Source: an uncultured Gammaproteobacteria bacterium
GTDB taxonomy: Bacteria; Patescibacteriota; Microgenomatia; Levybacterales; UBA12049
Assembly (NCBI GenBank): GCA_964474445.1
Contig: CAYYSJ010000002.1
Location: forward strand, 53,610 to 117,609
Reading direction: 5' to 3'
DNA: 64,000 bases
The translations under genes and the position numbers were made by a program. Positions 20,194-29,687 of this stretch are shown here, piece by piece. Within the stretch, counting starts at the first letter, position 1. Each line of letters begins with the position of its first letter. The notes below the pieces were generated by a model. That model searched no databases. It was not told the origin of the DNA and saw only the letters and a list, made by a program, of their open reading frames with translations.

Positions 20194-21174
20194 ATGGAAA
20201 TTTTAGATAAGATCTATGGAGCAATTGAGGTGACAGAACCGGTGATTGTTGATATTATTCATTCCAAACCTATGCAGCGATTGAAAAATATCAACCAGTA
20301 TGGTGTAACCGTATATCTTCAACCACTGTTTAGGACAACAACTCGGTACGACCATAGTATTGGAGCATGGTATCTTTCGAAAAAATATGGACGGTCAATG
20401 GAAGAACAAATCGCTTCACTTCTGCACGATATTCCCCATACAGCTTTTTCACACGTGGCAGACTTTGTTATGCAGGATGCGAATCACGAATACCATGATA
20501 AATTTCTTGAGAAAGTACTTATGCATTCTGAAATTCCTGAGATACTACAAAATCACAACATAAATGTTAAAGAAGTGCTCAAAAAAGAAAACTACCCACT
20601 TCTTGATAACAGATTACCTGATATTTCTGTTGATAGGTGGGATTATTTTTTGAGAGATGGTTATACATTTGGCATTATCCCAAAAGAAGTAGTCACGTTA
20701 CTTTTTCATAGCCTTAAAGAGAGAGGTAACGTGTTTTATTTTGAAGACACAAAAGTAGCAACACTTGCGGCAGTTCTTTTTCTCAATTGTTCTCGGCTTA
20801 TTTGGCTTGATCCGACTTCACATGGTGCTTTTTTCCTTCTCTCTGAGGCAATAAAGATTGCTATGAAAGAACGTTTACTTGCAGAAGAGGATTTATTTGG
20901 AGTTGATGATGAAATCATGAATAAACTAACGAGTTTTGGTAATCAAGAAATTGATACATTGCTTGGGCATCTTCACTCAGGTAAGCAATTTCACTATGCC
21001 TCAAAGAACGAGGCAGAATTTTATGGCCCCAACAAGCCTCGGTTTATTGATCCATTTGTAAAGGTGAGTGATGAACTAAAAAGAGTGAGTGATGTAGTGC
21101 CTGGTATGAATGAGTATTTCCAAGAGTTCGTCACGAATCATACCACTCTTGGTGTTAGCCAGAATAAGGAGTAG
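20194..21174 (+). CDS. HD-domain phosphohydrolase (dNTPase/YwfO-like)
   Basis: QRLKNINQYG, TRYDHSIG, LLHDIPHTAFSH, DRWDY. Confidence 0.85.
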   Translation: MEILDKIYGAIEVTEPVIVDIIHSKPMQRLKNINQYGVTVYLQPLFRTTTRYDHSIGAWYLSKKYGRSMEEQIASLLHDIPHTAFSHVADFVMQDANHEYHDKFLEKVLMHSEIPEILQNHNINVKEVLKKENYPLLDNRLPDISVDRWDYFLRDGYTFGIIPKEVVTLLFHSLKERGNVFYFEDTKVATLAAVLFLNCSRLIWLDPTSHGAFFLLSEAIKIAMKERLLAEEDLFGVDDEIMNKLTSFGNQEIDTLLGHLHSGKQFHYASKNEAEFYGPNKPRFIDPFVKVSDELKRVSDVVPGMNEYFQEFVTNHTTLGVSQNKE

Positions 21175-21183
21175 AATACATGT

Positions 21184-21651
21184 ATGAAACTGACTGTTGG
21201 GCAAATTGCTCCAGAATTTTCTCTCCCTGATCAAAATGGTGAAATGCATTCTTTATCAGATTATAGAGGAAAGTGGGTTCTTGTCTATTTCTATCCAAAA
21301 GACGACACACCTGGATGTACAACGGAAGCATGTAGCTTTCGTGATAACCTGCCGCACTTTACCAGTCAAAGAGCTATTGTTTTAGGCGTTAGTGCAGATA
21401 CGGTAAAAAGTCATAAAAAATTCACAGAAAAATATACACTTCCATTCACATTACTTGCAGATGAAGAGAAAAAAGTGGTCAAAGATTACGATGTCTGGCA
21501 TGTGAAGAAATTTATGGGGAAAGAATTTTTTGGAATACTAAGAACATCTTTTCTCATAAATCCAGAAGGGAAAATTATAAAAATTTATGAAGGGGTAAAA
21601 CCAGCAGAACATGCGCAGCAAGTCCTCCAAGATTTAACAGCCCTCACATAA
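21184..21651 (+). CDS. bcp: Thioredoxin-dependent thiol peroxidase Bcp
   Basis: YFYPKDDTPGCTTEAC. Confidence 0.93.
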   Translation: MKLTVGQIAPEFSLPDQNGEMHSLSDYRGKWVLVYFYPKDDTPGCTTEACSFRDNLPHFTSQRAIVLGVSADTVKSHKKFTEKYTLPFTLLADEEKKVVKDYDVWHVKKFMGKEFFGILRTSFLINPEGKIIKIYEGVKPAEHAQQVLQDLTALT

Positions 21652-21660
21652 AAGATCTTC

Positions 21661-21691
21661 TTGACTCTTACGTTTCGTCATAGTTTATACT
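21661..21691 (+). promoter_or_regulatory. MerR-type promoter with 19-bp spacer and operator dyad
   Basis: TTGACT-19 nt-TATACT; the spacer region holds the imperfect dyad CTCTTACG-TTT-CGTCATAG. Confidence 0.75.
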
Positions 21692-21697
21692 ATGGCT

Positions 21698-22459
21698 ATG
21701 AAATATACAGTACATGAATTGGCACAATTTTCTGGTATGAGTATTCGTACCCTTCATTATTATGACGAAATTGGACTTCTTAGACCAGAAAGTATAGGCA
21801 AAAATGGCTATCGATATTATGGCGAAAAGGAGATGGTACAACTCCAACAAATTCTTTTTTATAAAGAATTAGACTTTTCTTTGGATGAGATACAAAGATT
21901 GGTAAATGATCTGAATTTTGATATTGAACAAGCATTGCAAGATCATAAAAAGTTACTAATTGCAAAGAAAAAACGTATTGATAGTTTACTGATAACTATA
22001 GATAAAACAGTAAAACATTTGAAAGGAGGTGAAAGAATGACTAACGATGACTTATATCAAGGTTTTTCTGATGAAGAGCTGAATAAATTACAAGAAGAAG
22101 CTAAAGAACGTTGGGGTCATACTGATGCATATAAACAGTCTATAGAAAGAACCAAAGGTTGGACAAAGACTGATTATGATAGAACAGCAAAAAAGCAAAC
22201 TGATATTACAAAAGATCTTGCCGATCTTATGAAAAAAGGAGTTAGTCTGGAGAGCCCAGAGGTTCAGGCGGTTGTTGAAAGACATTATCAATACATTAAC
22301 CAGTTCTATGATGCATCAAATGCAATGTATCGGAATTTAGGAGAAATGTACGTTATAGATCTACGGTTTACTGCATACTATGATAAATTTGCACATGGTC
22401 TTGCAGTATTTATGAGAGACGCCATTGCTTATTACTGTAAGAATCATGGAGAAAAATAA
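21698..22459 (+). CDS. MerR-family regulator with TipAS ligand-binding domain (TipA/Mta-like)
   Basis: RTLHYYDEIGLL HTH, EAKERWG, YRNLGEMYV.D.RF.AYYD. Confidence 0.9.
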   Translation: MKYTVHELAQFSGMSIRTLHYYDEIGLLRPESIGKNGYRYYGEKEMVQLQQILFYKELDFSLDEIQRLVNDLNFDIEQALQDHKKLLIAKKKRIDSLLITIDKTVKHLKGGERMTNDDLYQGFSDEELNKLQEEAKERWGHTDAYKQSIERTKGWTKTDYDRTAKKQTDITKDLADLMKKGVSLESPEVQAVVERHYQYINQFYDASNAMYRNLGEMYVIDLRFTAYYDKFAHGLAVFMRDAIAYYCKNHGEK

Positions 22460-22460
22460 A

Positions 22461-22492
22461 GAGGAGGCAGTGGTACCCTGCCTCTCTTATTA
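22461..22492 (+). terminator. Hairpin/terminator after the MerR gene
   Basis: GAGGCAG-N7-CTGCCTC followed by a T-rich tail. Confidence 0.55.
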
Positions 22493-22575
22493 TTAATAGA
22501 AAAGGAGTTAAAAAATTTGAATTTTATAACGTTATTTGCTAGTATCAACCTGGCTCTCGTAGAGAGAGTTTTTTT

Positions 22576-23382
22576 ATGAAAGCACTTGTTATCAATAATA
22601 CCTTTGAAGATAAAAAGAAAAGTCAGCTGCGAAATTCTATCTATCGAAAGCAAAAAATTCTGGAAGAATGGACAGAAAAAGTAGAAGAACTGCGTATGGA
22701 ACTTGAGCTCATTAAACATGAGTATCATGTGAGAGTTGGAGGGTTATTGTTAAAAGATAATCAACTTGATCTAGAAATACTACAGCTGAAAAATCTAAAA
22801 GAAAAAATGGCACAAGGTATGAGTTATGGTGAAGCTATAAAAGAAGATGAAGACGCATTCTATAATGAAATTCTCCGAATGCAAAAAGAACAAGAAACAA
22901 TTGAAGAGGAAAAAGAAATGCTGCAGAAAAGAGAAATAGTTGATAGTACTGTTGCAGAAGAAGTGAAATCGCTCTGGAAAAAACTTATCAGAAAATTTCA
23001 TCCAGATTTAGTTACAGATACTGATGAAAAACTTCGAAGAGAAGAGATTATGAAAAAGATAAATTTAGCATACACTCATTATGATATAGAAACTCTTAAG
23101 GCATTTGAAAACAATGTGGACATTGAAGATATAGCTCAATCAACTGTAGAAAGGCTCGAAGTTATTCTTATAGAAATTGAGAATAATGTAGAAGATTTGA
23201 GACTAGAATGGCTTGAGCTAAAAAATTCAATATGGTATTCATGGAAAATAAAAAAACAAAAAACCGCGAAACAAGAGGATGTTTTTGCTGATCTTGAAAA
23301 AACACTCTTGGATGATGTTGTAAAGAAGATAAAAATTCTTCAAGAGCTCCGTCGAGAAGTTATTCCAGATTACCCAATGTAA
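22576..23382 (+). CDS. Coiled-coil protein with central J-domain-like segment
   Basis: KKLIRKFHPD...MKKINLAY. Confidence 0.8.
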   Translation: MKALVINNTFEDKKKSQLRNSIYRKQKILEEWTEKVEELRMELELIKHEYHVRVGGLLLKDNQLDLEILQLKNLKEKMAQGMSYGEAIKEDEDAFYNEILRMQKEQETIEEEKEMLQKREIVDSTVAEEVKSLWKKLIRKFHPDLVTDTDEKLRREEIMKKINLAYTHYDIETLKAFENNVDIEDIAQSTVERLEVILIEIENNVEDLRLEWLELKNSIWYSWKIKKQKTAKQEDVFADLEKTLLDDVVKKIKILQELRREVIPDYPM

Positions 23383-23522
23383 ATAGTAAAAGAATGCCTG
23401 TGCCTTTATCGCTAATCACGCAATGGATTTAGAGGAATAGACAAAAAAACTACAATAAGTCTCATCTGTTTGTTATCAACTTTTCACCAGAATTTTACCT
23501 TGCAAGTACATTATTGTATAGT

Positions 23523-23978
23523 ATGGCAGTTATCAGATGGAATCCATGGAGCATAGAAAATTTCTTTGACGATGAGGGATTAGATATGCCAACAATACCA
23601 GGACTTTCTAGACTGGGACAAGGATTGAATTTGTATGAAACAAATGATGGAGTGTTTGCTGAGGTTGCATTGCCTGGTGTTTCTTCTGACAAGATTGATA
23701 TAACAGTTGAGGATGGATTAGTTCGAATAACAGGTGAACAAGAACAGAAAAGAGAAAAAAAAGAGAACACACGTTACTTTATGAATTCACTTTCTGCTTC
23801 ATATAATTATGCATTCCGATTGCCAAAAGATGTTGATCAAAATGCAGAGCCCGAGGCAACATGGGATAATGGCATTCTCCGGTTAATGTTCACCAAAGTG
23901 CAAAAAACACAGCCTAAAAGAATTTCAGTAAAAACGAAAGAAAAGGAAAATAAAAGTAAAGAGAAGGAGATAAAGTGA
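23523..23978 (+). CDS. Hsp20/alpha-crystallin small heat-shock protein
   Basis: LYET, ALPGV..DKIDITV, FRLP..VD, ATWDNGIL. Confidence 0.9.
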   Translation: MAVIRWNPWSIENFFDDEGLDMPTIPGLSRLGQGLNLYETNDGVFAEVALPGVSSDKIDITVEDGLVRITGEQEQKREKKENTRYFMNSLSASYNYAFRLPKDVDQNAEPEATWDNGILRLMFTKVQKTQPKRISVKTKEKENKSKEKEIK

Positions 23979-24102
23979 ATGTCACAAGGACATCTAAATC
24001 CTATTCAAGTCCAAAAAAACATGTAAGGGAATAGATTATACCTGTTCCTTACTAACCTCATTCTTGACAAGATTTTTTTATCCATAGATACTACTAATAC
24101 CT

Positions 24103-24486
24103 ATGGATTTTAATTCTCAACAGATACAAGAGATAAATGATATACAGGCAATAGAAAAGCAAATTGCTTCAGATGAACAGCCTCATATATTGACCGAAAA
24201 CGTTGAAGTAGATAGATCAACGCTGAAAAATTTACTTGCATCATTTGGGATTATTGTCGTTGGAGGAGCAGCAATACTCCTTATTTTTATTTCGTTTCCC
24301 TCTGTAAAGAAAAAATTAGCTACAGTTCCTTCTCCTAAGACGGTTGATACCACAATGACAATTCCAATAGCATCTGATTCTGCTATTACGGTTCAAACAG
24401 AATATACAAATCCTTTTGACGCAAAAACCCAATATGAAAATCCCTTCTTAGCATCCAGAAATCCATTTGACAATATAACACAATGA
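24103..24486 (+). CDS. Hypothetical bitopic membrane protein with three C-terminal NPF repeats
   Basis: One TM; YTNPF/YENPF/RNPF; TTGACA promoter upstream. Confidence 0.7.
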   Translation: MDFNSQQIQEINDIQAIEKQIASDEQPHILTENVEVDRSTLKNLLASFGIIVVGGAAILLIFISFPSVKKKLATVPSPKTVDTTMTIPIASDSAITVQTEYTNPFDAKTQYENPFLASRNPFDNITQ

Positions 24487-25622
24487 AACAAATAGGAAGT
24501 ATTCTCAGTATCACAATAGCTTTTTTTGCTCTGTCGTTATTTCAGGTTTTTGCACAGACTCCAACAACTGTGGAACAACAAGTATCGAGTCAATACAATA
24601 TAACATTTCCAATTGTGGAATTAGGGAATTGCACAGATCTTTCAAGTTGTAAAGCGTATTGTAATGATTCATCTCATCAACAAGCTTGCGTCGACTTTGC
24701 TAAGAAAAAAGGATTTTATAAGGAGACAACACTTGATACACAGAAAACAACAGTTTTACAATCTGCTAAAACAGATTTAGGATGCGATTCTGAAGAGACA
24801 TGTAGACAAGCATGTGAAAAAAAAGAAAATTTTGAGAAATGTGCTCAGTTTGCAAAAAGATTTAATTTAAAGGGAGGCCAGCCTAGCAACACGTCGGATA
24901 CTACTATTTTGCAAAGAGCAAAAACCATGTTGGGATGTACATCTGTCGACTCATGTAAATTGTTTTGTCAGCAAGGCGAAAATCAACAAAAATGTTCGAA
25001 TTTCGCAAAACAGGTAGGGTTAAGGGGTGGAACAACACAAGTTGGTCCTGGTGGATGTTCCTCTATTGACTCATGCAGAGCATACTGCATTGATCCAAGT
25101 CATTCTCAAATTTGTAGGCAATTTGCTCCTAAGAGTGGGAATCCCTCAGGTGAACTAAGACCACAGGTGAAAGGGCCTGGAGGTTGTATGAGCGAAGAGT
25201 CATGCAGAGCATATTGTGCTAATCACCCAGAAGCTTGTCATCACGGAGATAACAGTGTCCCAAGCAATATAATGTCACCATCTCCATACCATTCTCAGAT
25301 AGTACCATCCTCTTCAAATCAGTCAGATGATTGTAAAATGTATCCTGATCATTGTCATATACAAACACCTCAAGGTGCTATTACTAATAATCCACCTGTT
25401 CATGTCGATGACCCTGCATCAAATTGCGCAAGAAATAATTGTATTTGGACAGGAGGCACCTGCGTTTGTCCAAGTAAACAGCCAATAGAATCTGGTAGCC
25501 CAATTCCAGCACAACCTTCAACACCTGTCGTTTCACCTTTTCCTACAGTGCAACAAGTGCATGCAGCAGCAACCCACAAAAATATTATGCAGTGGTTATG
25601 GGATTATTTTTTCCTCAAATAA
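24483..25622 (+). CDS. Secreted Cys-rich repeat protein
   Basis: Signal peptide; five G(N/G)C-x5-C-x3-C repeats. Confidence 0.75.
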   Translation: MKQIGSILSITIAFFALSLFQVFAQTPTTVEQQVSSQYNITFPIVELGNCTDLSSCKAYCNDSSHQQACVDFAKKKGFYKETTLDTQKTTVLQSAKTDLGCDSEETCRQACEKKENFEKCAQFAKRFNLKGGQPSNTSDTTILQRAKTMLGCTSVDSCKLFCQQGENQQKCSNFAKQVGLRGGTTQVGPGGCSSIDSCRAYCIDPSHSQICRQFAPKSGNPSGELRPQVKGPGGCMSEESCRAYCANHPEACHHGDNSVPSNIMSPSPYHSQIVPSSSNQSDDCKMYPDHCHIQTPQGAITNNPPVHVDDPASNCARNNCIWTGGTCVCPSKQPIESGSPIPAQPSTPVVSPFPTVQQVHAAATHKNIMQWLWDYFFLK

Positions 25623-25624
25623 AG

Positions 25625-25957
25625 TTATTTAATTTCCAGAAGTTCTATATCAAAAACAAGAGTTGCAAAGCCAGGGATATCTCCAGCACCGTATTTACCG
25701 TATCCATATTGATAAGGGATCGTTAATTTCCTTTTTCCTCCCACTCTCATGCCAGGAATTCCTACATCCCATCCCCTTATCACATATCCCGCGCCTATTT
25801 GGACTTCAAATGGCTCTTTTCTATCATACGAGCTATCAAATTGTTTGCCATCAGGGAAGTATCCTTTATAGTGAACGATAATAGTATCTCCTTCTTTTAC
25901 TTCTTGTCCTGTGCCTTTTGTAAGATCTTCAATATGTAATTTTTCTTCACTGTCCAT
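25625..25957 (-). CDS. FKBP-type peptidyl-prolyl isomerase
   Basis: VHYKG, FDSSYDR, VIRGWD, MRVGGKRKL. Confidence 0.93.
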   Translation of the reverse strand: MDSEEKLHIEDLTKGTGQEVKEGDTIIVHYKGYFPDGKQFDSSYDRKEPFEVQIGAGYVIRGWDVGIPGMRVGGKRKLTIPYQYGYGKYGAGDIPGFATLVFDIELLEIK

Positions 25958-26029
25958 ATTACAAGTATAGCAAAAAGAGGAAGATAAAACAGAGGATTTT
26001 TAGCTTGACAACTCTGCTATACTGAATAT

Positions 26030-26443
26030 ATGGATATTACGAAAAAAGATGAGACAAACTCATTAAAAAATAAAGGGGAGGATTTTTGGAAAAAGAAATT
26101 AACTCCGGAGCAATATCATGTACTGCGGGAAAAAGGAACAGAAACACCATTTTCAGGGAAGTTTTATAAAAATTTTGAGAAAGGAATGTATGTTTGTGCT
26201 GCTTGTGGACAAGAACTATTTTCTTCAGACACGAAATTTGATAGCGATTGTGGTTGGCCAAGTTTTGATAAATCACTGGCAGGAAATGTTCAGTTGCGTG
26301 ATGATTATTCTTTTGGTATGCATCGTATTGAGGTAACCTGCAGTAAATGTGGGTCTCATTTGGGACACGTATTTGATGATGGTCCTACAGAAACAGGAAA
26401 GAGATTTTGCATTAACTCCGTCTCTTTAGATTTTAAAAAATAA
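26030..26443 (+). CDS. msrB: Peptide-methionine (R)-S-oxide reductase
   Basis: [26 protein letters not shown]. Confidence 0.96.
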   Translation: MDITKKDETNSLKNKGEDFWKKKLTPEQYHVLREKGTETPFSGKFYKNFEKGMYVCAACGQELFSSDTKFDSDCGWPSFDKSLAGNVQLRDDYSFGMHRIEVTCSKCGSHLGHVFDDGPTETGKRFCINSVSLDFKK

Positions 26444-26447
26444 TTCA

Positions 26448-27323
26448 ATGATAGGCATTGCTAGTTTTTTGCTTCTTGTTCTCGTGTCTATTATTTTTGG
26501 TTATTCTTGGTATAGACTTCATAAAGAAGTGCATATCCATGTACCTGGATATAAAGATACTCCTAAAAATAATGGTCTAGACTACAGAGAATTTACTGTT
26601 ACAACACGTGACAATGTAAAAATTTCAGGATGGTATATTCCCATTTCTTCGCCAAAAGCATTTGTTATCTTACTTCATGGAAGACTAACAAAGGATGGTG
26701 GGAGAGCAATGATGCTTTCTCATGCACAGTATTTGTATGCTCATGGATATGCAACATTGCTTTTTGATATGCGGGGAGTTGGAGAAAGTGAAGGGAATAC
26801 TATTACATTAGGAGTTGACGAATGGAAAGACGTTGAGGCGATCTACACATATGTTAAGAATTTACCTGAAGCAAAAAATAAAAAAGTTGGATTTTTAGGT
26901 ATTTCTATGGGGGCGGTAGTTGGTATTATTGCAGCAGGTAAAGAAAAAATTGGCGATTTTTACATTGGATCTGTTCCGTATAAAAGTTATGTCAGTCTAT
27001 TCTCCCAACAAGTCAAACGGGAGCATGTATTTCCTCGGACTATTTTCTCTTGGGCCCTTGCTGTTGCCGCACTGTTTGAACTGGGGCCATTGTATTACTT
27101 ATATAATCCTATTCGTTTGATTAAACGTATACACGCTCCTATACTTCTCATTAGTGCGAAAGATGACGATATGATCAACCCGAAAGATCCATGGGATCTC
27201 TACCAACAAGCAAATAAACCTAAAGAATTTTGGGAAGCGGACAGCAATCATCATGTTCATGGATCACTAAAAGAAGACTTTGAATCAAGAGTACTAAACT
27301 TTTTACAAGTTTACGCACAATAA
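26448..27323 (+). CDS. Membrane-anchored alpha/beta hydrolase
   Basis: GWYIP, LLHG, DMRGVGES, GISMG nucleophile elbow. Confidence 0.88.
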   Translation: MIGIASFLLLVLVSIIFGYSWYRLHKEVHIHVPGYKDTPKNNGLDYREFTVTTRDNVKISGWYIPISSPKAFVILLHGRLTKDGGRAMMLSHAQYLYAHGYATLLFDMRGVGESEGNTITLGVDEWKDVEAIYTYVKNLPEAKNKKVGFLGISMGAVVGIIAAGKEKIGDFYIGSVPYKSYVSLFSQQVKREHVFPRTIFSWALAVAALFELGPLYYLYNPIRLIKRIHAPILLISAKDDDMINPKDPWDLYQQANKPKEFWEADSNHHVHGSLKEDFESRVLNFLQVYAQ

Positions 27324-27329
27324 GAAGCA

Positions 27330-27956
27330 CTATTTCTTTTCAAGAACATTTACAGTAAGTTCGTTATTGTGATAGTCAAATACAATATCAATTGGTTTAT
27401 CTTTGTTATTTTTAACATATAAATTTTGCAATGCATTGTTATTTGTTTGGCCAGGCATAAAGTAAATTGCGGTACCAAATTCTCTTGGAATTTCTGGGAT
27501 GACAGCGAAATCGTGATTAGTTGGAGAAACAACTTGTAACCCTGCTTTGAAAGCTGCTTCATGGATAAGAGAAGCTAAGTGACAGACTCCATCTGCAACC
27601 AGATAACCGTCTGATTTAAATCCTTCACTTGCCCCAAAATGAGCATTCGTTGTTTTTACAATTTTGCCCGCAAACTCTGGAAGAATGTCTTCATGGAATG
27701 CAAATACCTCACCAGGCTTAAGCGTAAATGAATAGGTGAATGGTTGCTCAACAATATTCCAGTTTGGATTATTTGTTATCGTCATACCACGCATGTATGC
27801 AAGCGTAAGGAGGATGTTATCTTTAAAAACATCATTCACAAACGTATTTGCATATCGTTTTTCAAGAGAAAACGCCTGGCTTCCCAACACAGATGGTGGT
27901 TGGGACATGCTTACTGCTGTAAACATACCGAGCGCAAAAAGTAAATTTAATAGCAT
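27330..27956 (-). CDS. VanW-like family protein
   Basis: FTLKPGEVFAF, DGVCHLASLI...AGLQV. Confidence 0.7.
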   Translation of the reverse strand: MLLNLLFALGMFTAVSMSQPPSVLGSQAFSLEKRYANTFVNDVFKDNILLTLAYMRGMTITNNPNWNIVEQPFTYSFTLKPGEVFAFHEDILPEFAGKIVKTTNAHFGASEGFKSDGYLVADGVCHLASLIHEAAFKAGLQVVSPTNHDFAVIPEIPREFGTAIYFMPGQTNNNALQNLYVKNNKDKPIDIVFDYHNNELTVNVLEKK

Positions 27957-28145
27957 ATAGTATTCTTCAGTTCAATCCATATCTCTCTATAAGATTGTTT
28001 TAAGGCTGATTTTTATGGAGAGAATGAGGAAATTGAAGCTGAAGTGTTGGTGATTGTATCAAACTACAGGACAAAAGTCAAGCTTTAAGCATAGTGAGGG
28101 CTTATGCATTTTGGGAGGAAATAGGGACAAATATGGTAGGAAAAA

Positions 28146-28571
28146 CTATCTATCTTTTCGTCGAAATACGAATTTCAGTGCTGACCAATTTTCATTTACT
28201 GATACAACTTTTATGTCAACGAAATCTTGTGAGAGACCTATTCCTCGAACAATGTTTTCATTAACATTTGATCGTATATCACAATGTCCTTTTGGCCAAC
28301 TAATCCATATCATCCCCTGCACTTTTACTAGCTGTTTGAGATAAGGAAATAGTTCTTGGAGTCGTTCTTGAGATTGTATAAAAGCTTGAATAAGATCGTA
28401 CTCTCTTTGAGATGGAAGATCTTCATAATTGCAAGAGTCAATGGTCACTGTTTCAGGGAGATCGTAGAAGAGCTGTTGATATTCTTTCGGCTCATGAACA
28501 AGTAATACGTTCATGCCATGTTTTATTCCTAATTTTTGTACTAATGTACGGGAAGCATAACTTTTTTCCAT
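28146..28571 (-). CDS. DUF3052-like protein
   Basis: LVQKLGIK, WISWPK, VDIKVVSVNENWSALKF. Confidence 0.8.
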   Translation of the reverse strand: MEKSYASRTLVQKLGIKHGMNVLLVHEPKEYQQLFYDLPETVTIDSCNYEDLPSQREYDLIQAFIQSQERLQELFPYLKQLVKVQGMIWISWPKGHCDIRSNVNENIVRGIGLSQDFVDIKVVSVNENWSALKFVFRRKDR

Positions 28572-28592
28572 TGGATATAGTATACTTTAGGT

Positions 28593-28853
28593 ATGGAAAA
28601 GAAGCGATATTGGTTTCTTGCAAAAAAATTTGGACTAGGCTGGAGTCCAGCAACATGGGAGGGGTGGGTTATTACTCTTGTTTACATCTACGCACTTACC
28701 GTAGATATCATTGCACTCGTTCACAGCAGTGGCTATGCTTTTTTGAGATATTTGCTCAATGCATTGTTTCTTACCCTGTTTTATATTGCGGTCTGTTACG
28801 TCACAGGTGAAAAAATTACCTGGCGTTTTGGAAAGAAAAGAAAGTCGTTGTAA
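28593..28853 (+). CDS. Small two-TM membrane protein
   Basis: YWF.AKKFGLGWSPATWEGW motif. Confidence 0.75.
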   Translation: MEKKRYWFLAKKFGLGWSPATWEGWVITLVYIYALTVDIIALVHSSGYAFLRYLLNALFLTLFYIAVCYVTGEKITWRFGKKRKSL

Positions 28854-28941
28854 GAAAAATACAGCTAATTTTCTATCTTAGTTCTATCTTCTAGAAACGA
28901 CTTGACGAGAAAGCAATAAGTTGGTTATAGTAGTCTCCTGT

Positions 28942-29589
28942 ATGTTTGTCTTTTCCACAATAGGAATTCCTGTCGTTTCGTTACTCCTTTCATTCCTTTA
29001 TCCTCAAGGCATTCAGGCCAAAAGTATACCACCTCTAGAACATCGTACTGTTCAAACACTCACTCGTCCAACACTTCCTGTCCTGCCAAGTCGTCCAGTT
29101 TTTAATGATAGATATACAACAACTTCATCAATCACACCCACAAAGGTAGCATCTATAACTAACCAGCCAACGACACAAACGCAATCAACCCCAACGCCAA
29201 CTGACTCAACTGTTCCAAGTGCCACTCCTGTCCAGACGGATGATAAAAAACACTTTATTATGAATGCAATTAACCAGTATCGTGCTTCCTATGGGTTACA
29301 ACCAGTCAGTATGAATGATACAACATGTAATTTTGCAAAAATCCGTGCAATAGAAATAACAAGTAACTTTAACCATGATGGGTTTAATCAGCGTATTCAA
29401 AACCATACCTTGCCATATCCAAGTTATTCACTCGTTACCGAAAATATTGCTGAGACGAGTAATTATCAGGAGGTTGTTACTATGTGGGCAAATTCTCCTG
29501 GTCATGCTGCAAATATGCGAGCCGACACTCCTTATGTCTGTGTTGAAAGCAATAATAATAACTACTACGCCTTTGAGGGATGGCGGTAA
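28942..29589 (+). CDS. CAP/SCP-domain secreted protein with PT linker
   Basis: INQYRASYGL, FNHDG, ENIA, WANSPGHAANM. Confidence 0.85.
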   Translation: MFVFSTIGIPVVSLLLSFLYPQGIQAKSIPPLEHRTVQTLTRPTLPVLPSRPVFNDRYTTTSSITPTKVASITNQPTTQTQSTPTPTDSTVPSATPVQTDDKKHFIMNAINQYRASYGLQPVSMNDTTCNFAKIRAIEITSNFNHDGFNQRIQNHTLPYPSYSLVTENIAETSNYQEVVTMWANSPGHAANMRADTPYVCVESNNNNYYAFEGWR

Positions 29590-29687
29590 TAGAAGACGTT
29601 AACGAATCTTCATACAACATTGTACAAATGTGCTAATTTTTTACCTTAACGGGGCTCAATTTTTATGCTACAGTAATAGTACTTTGT

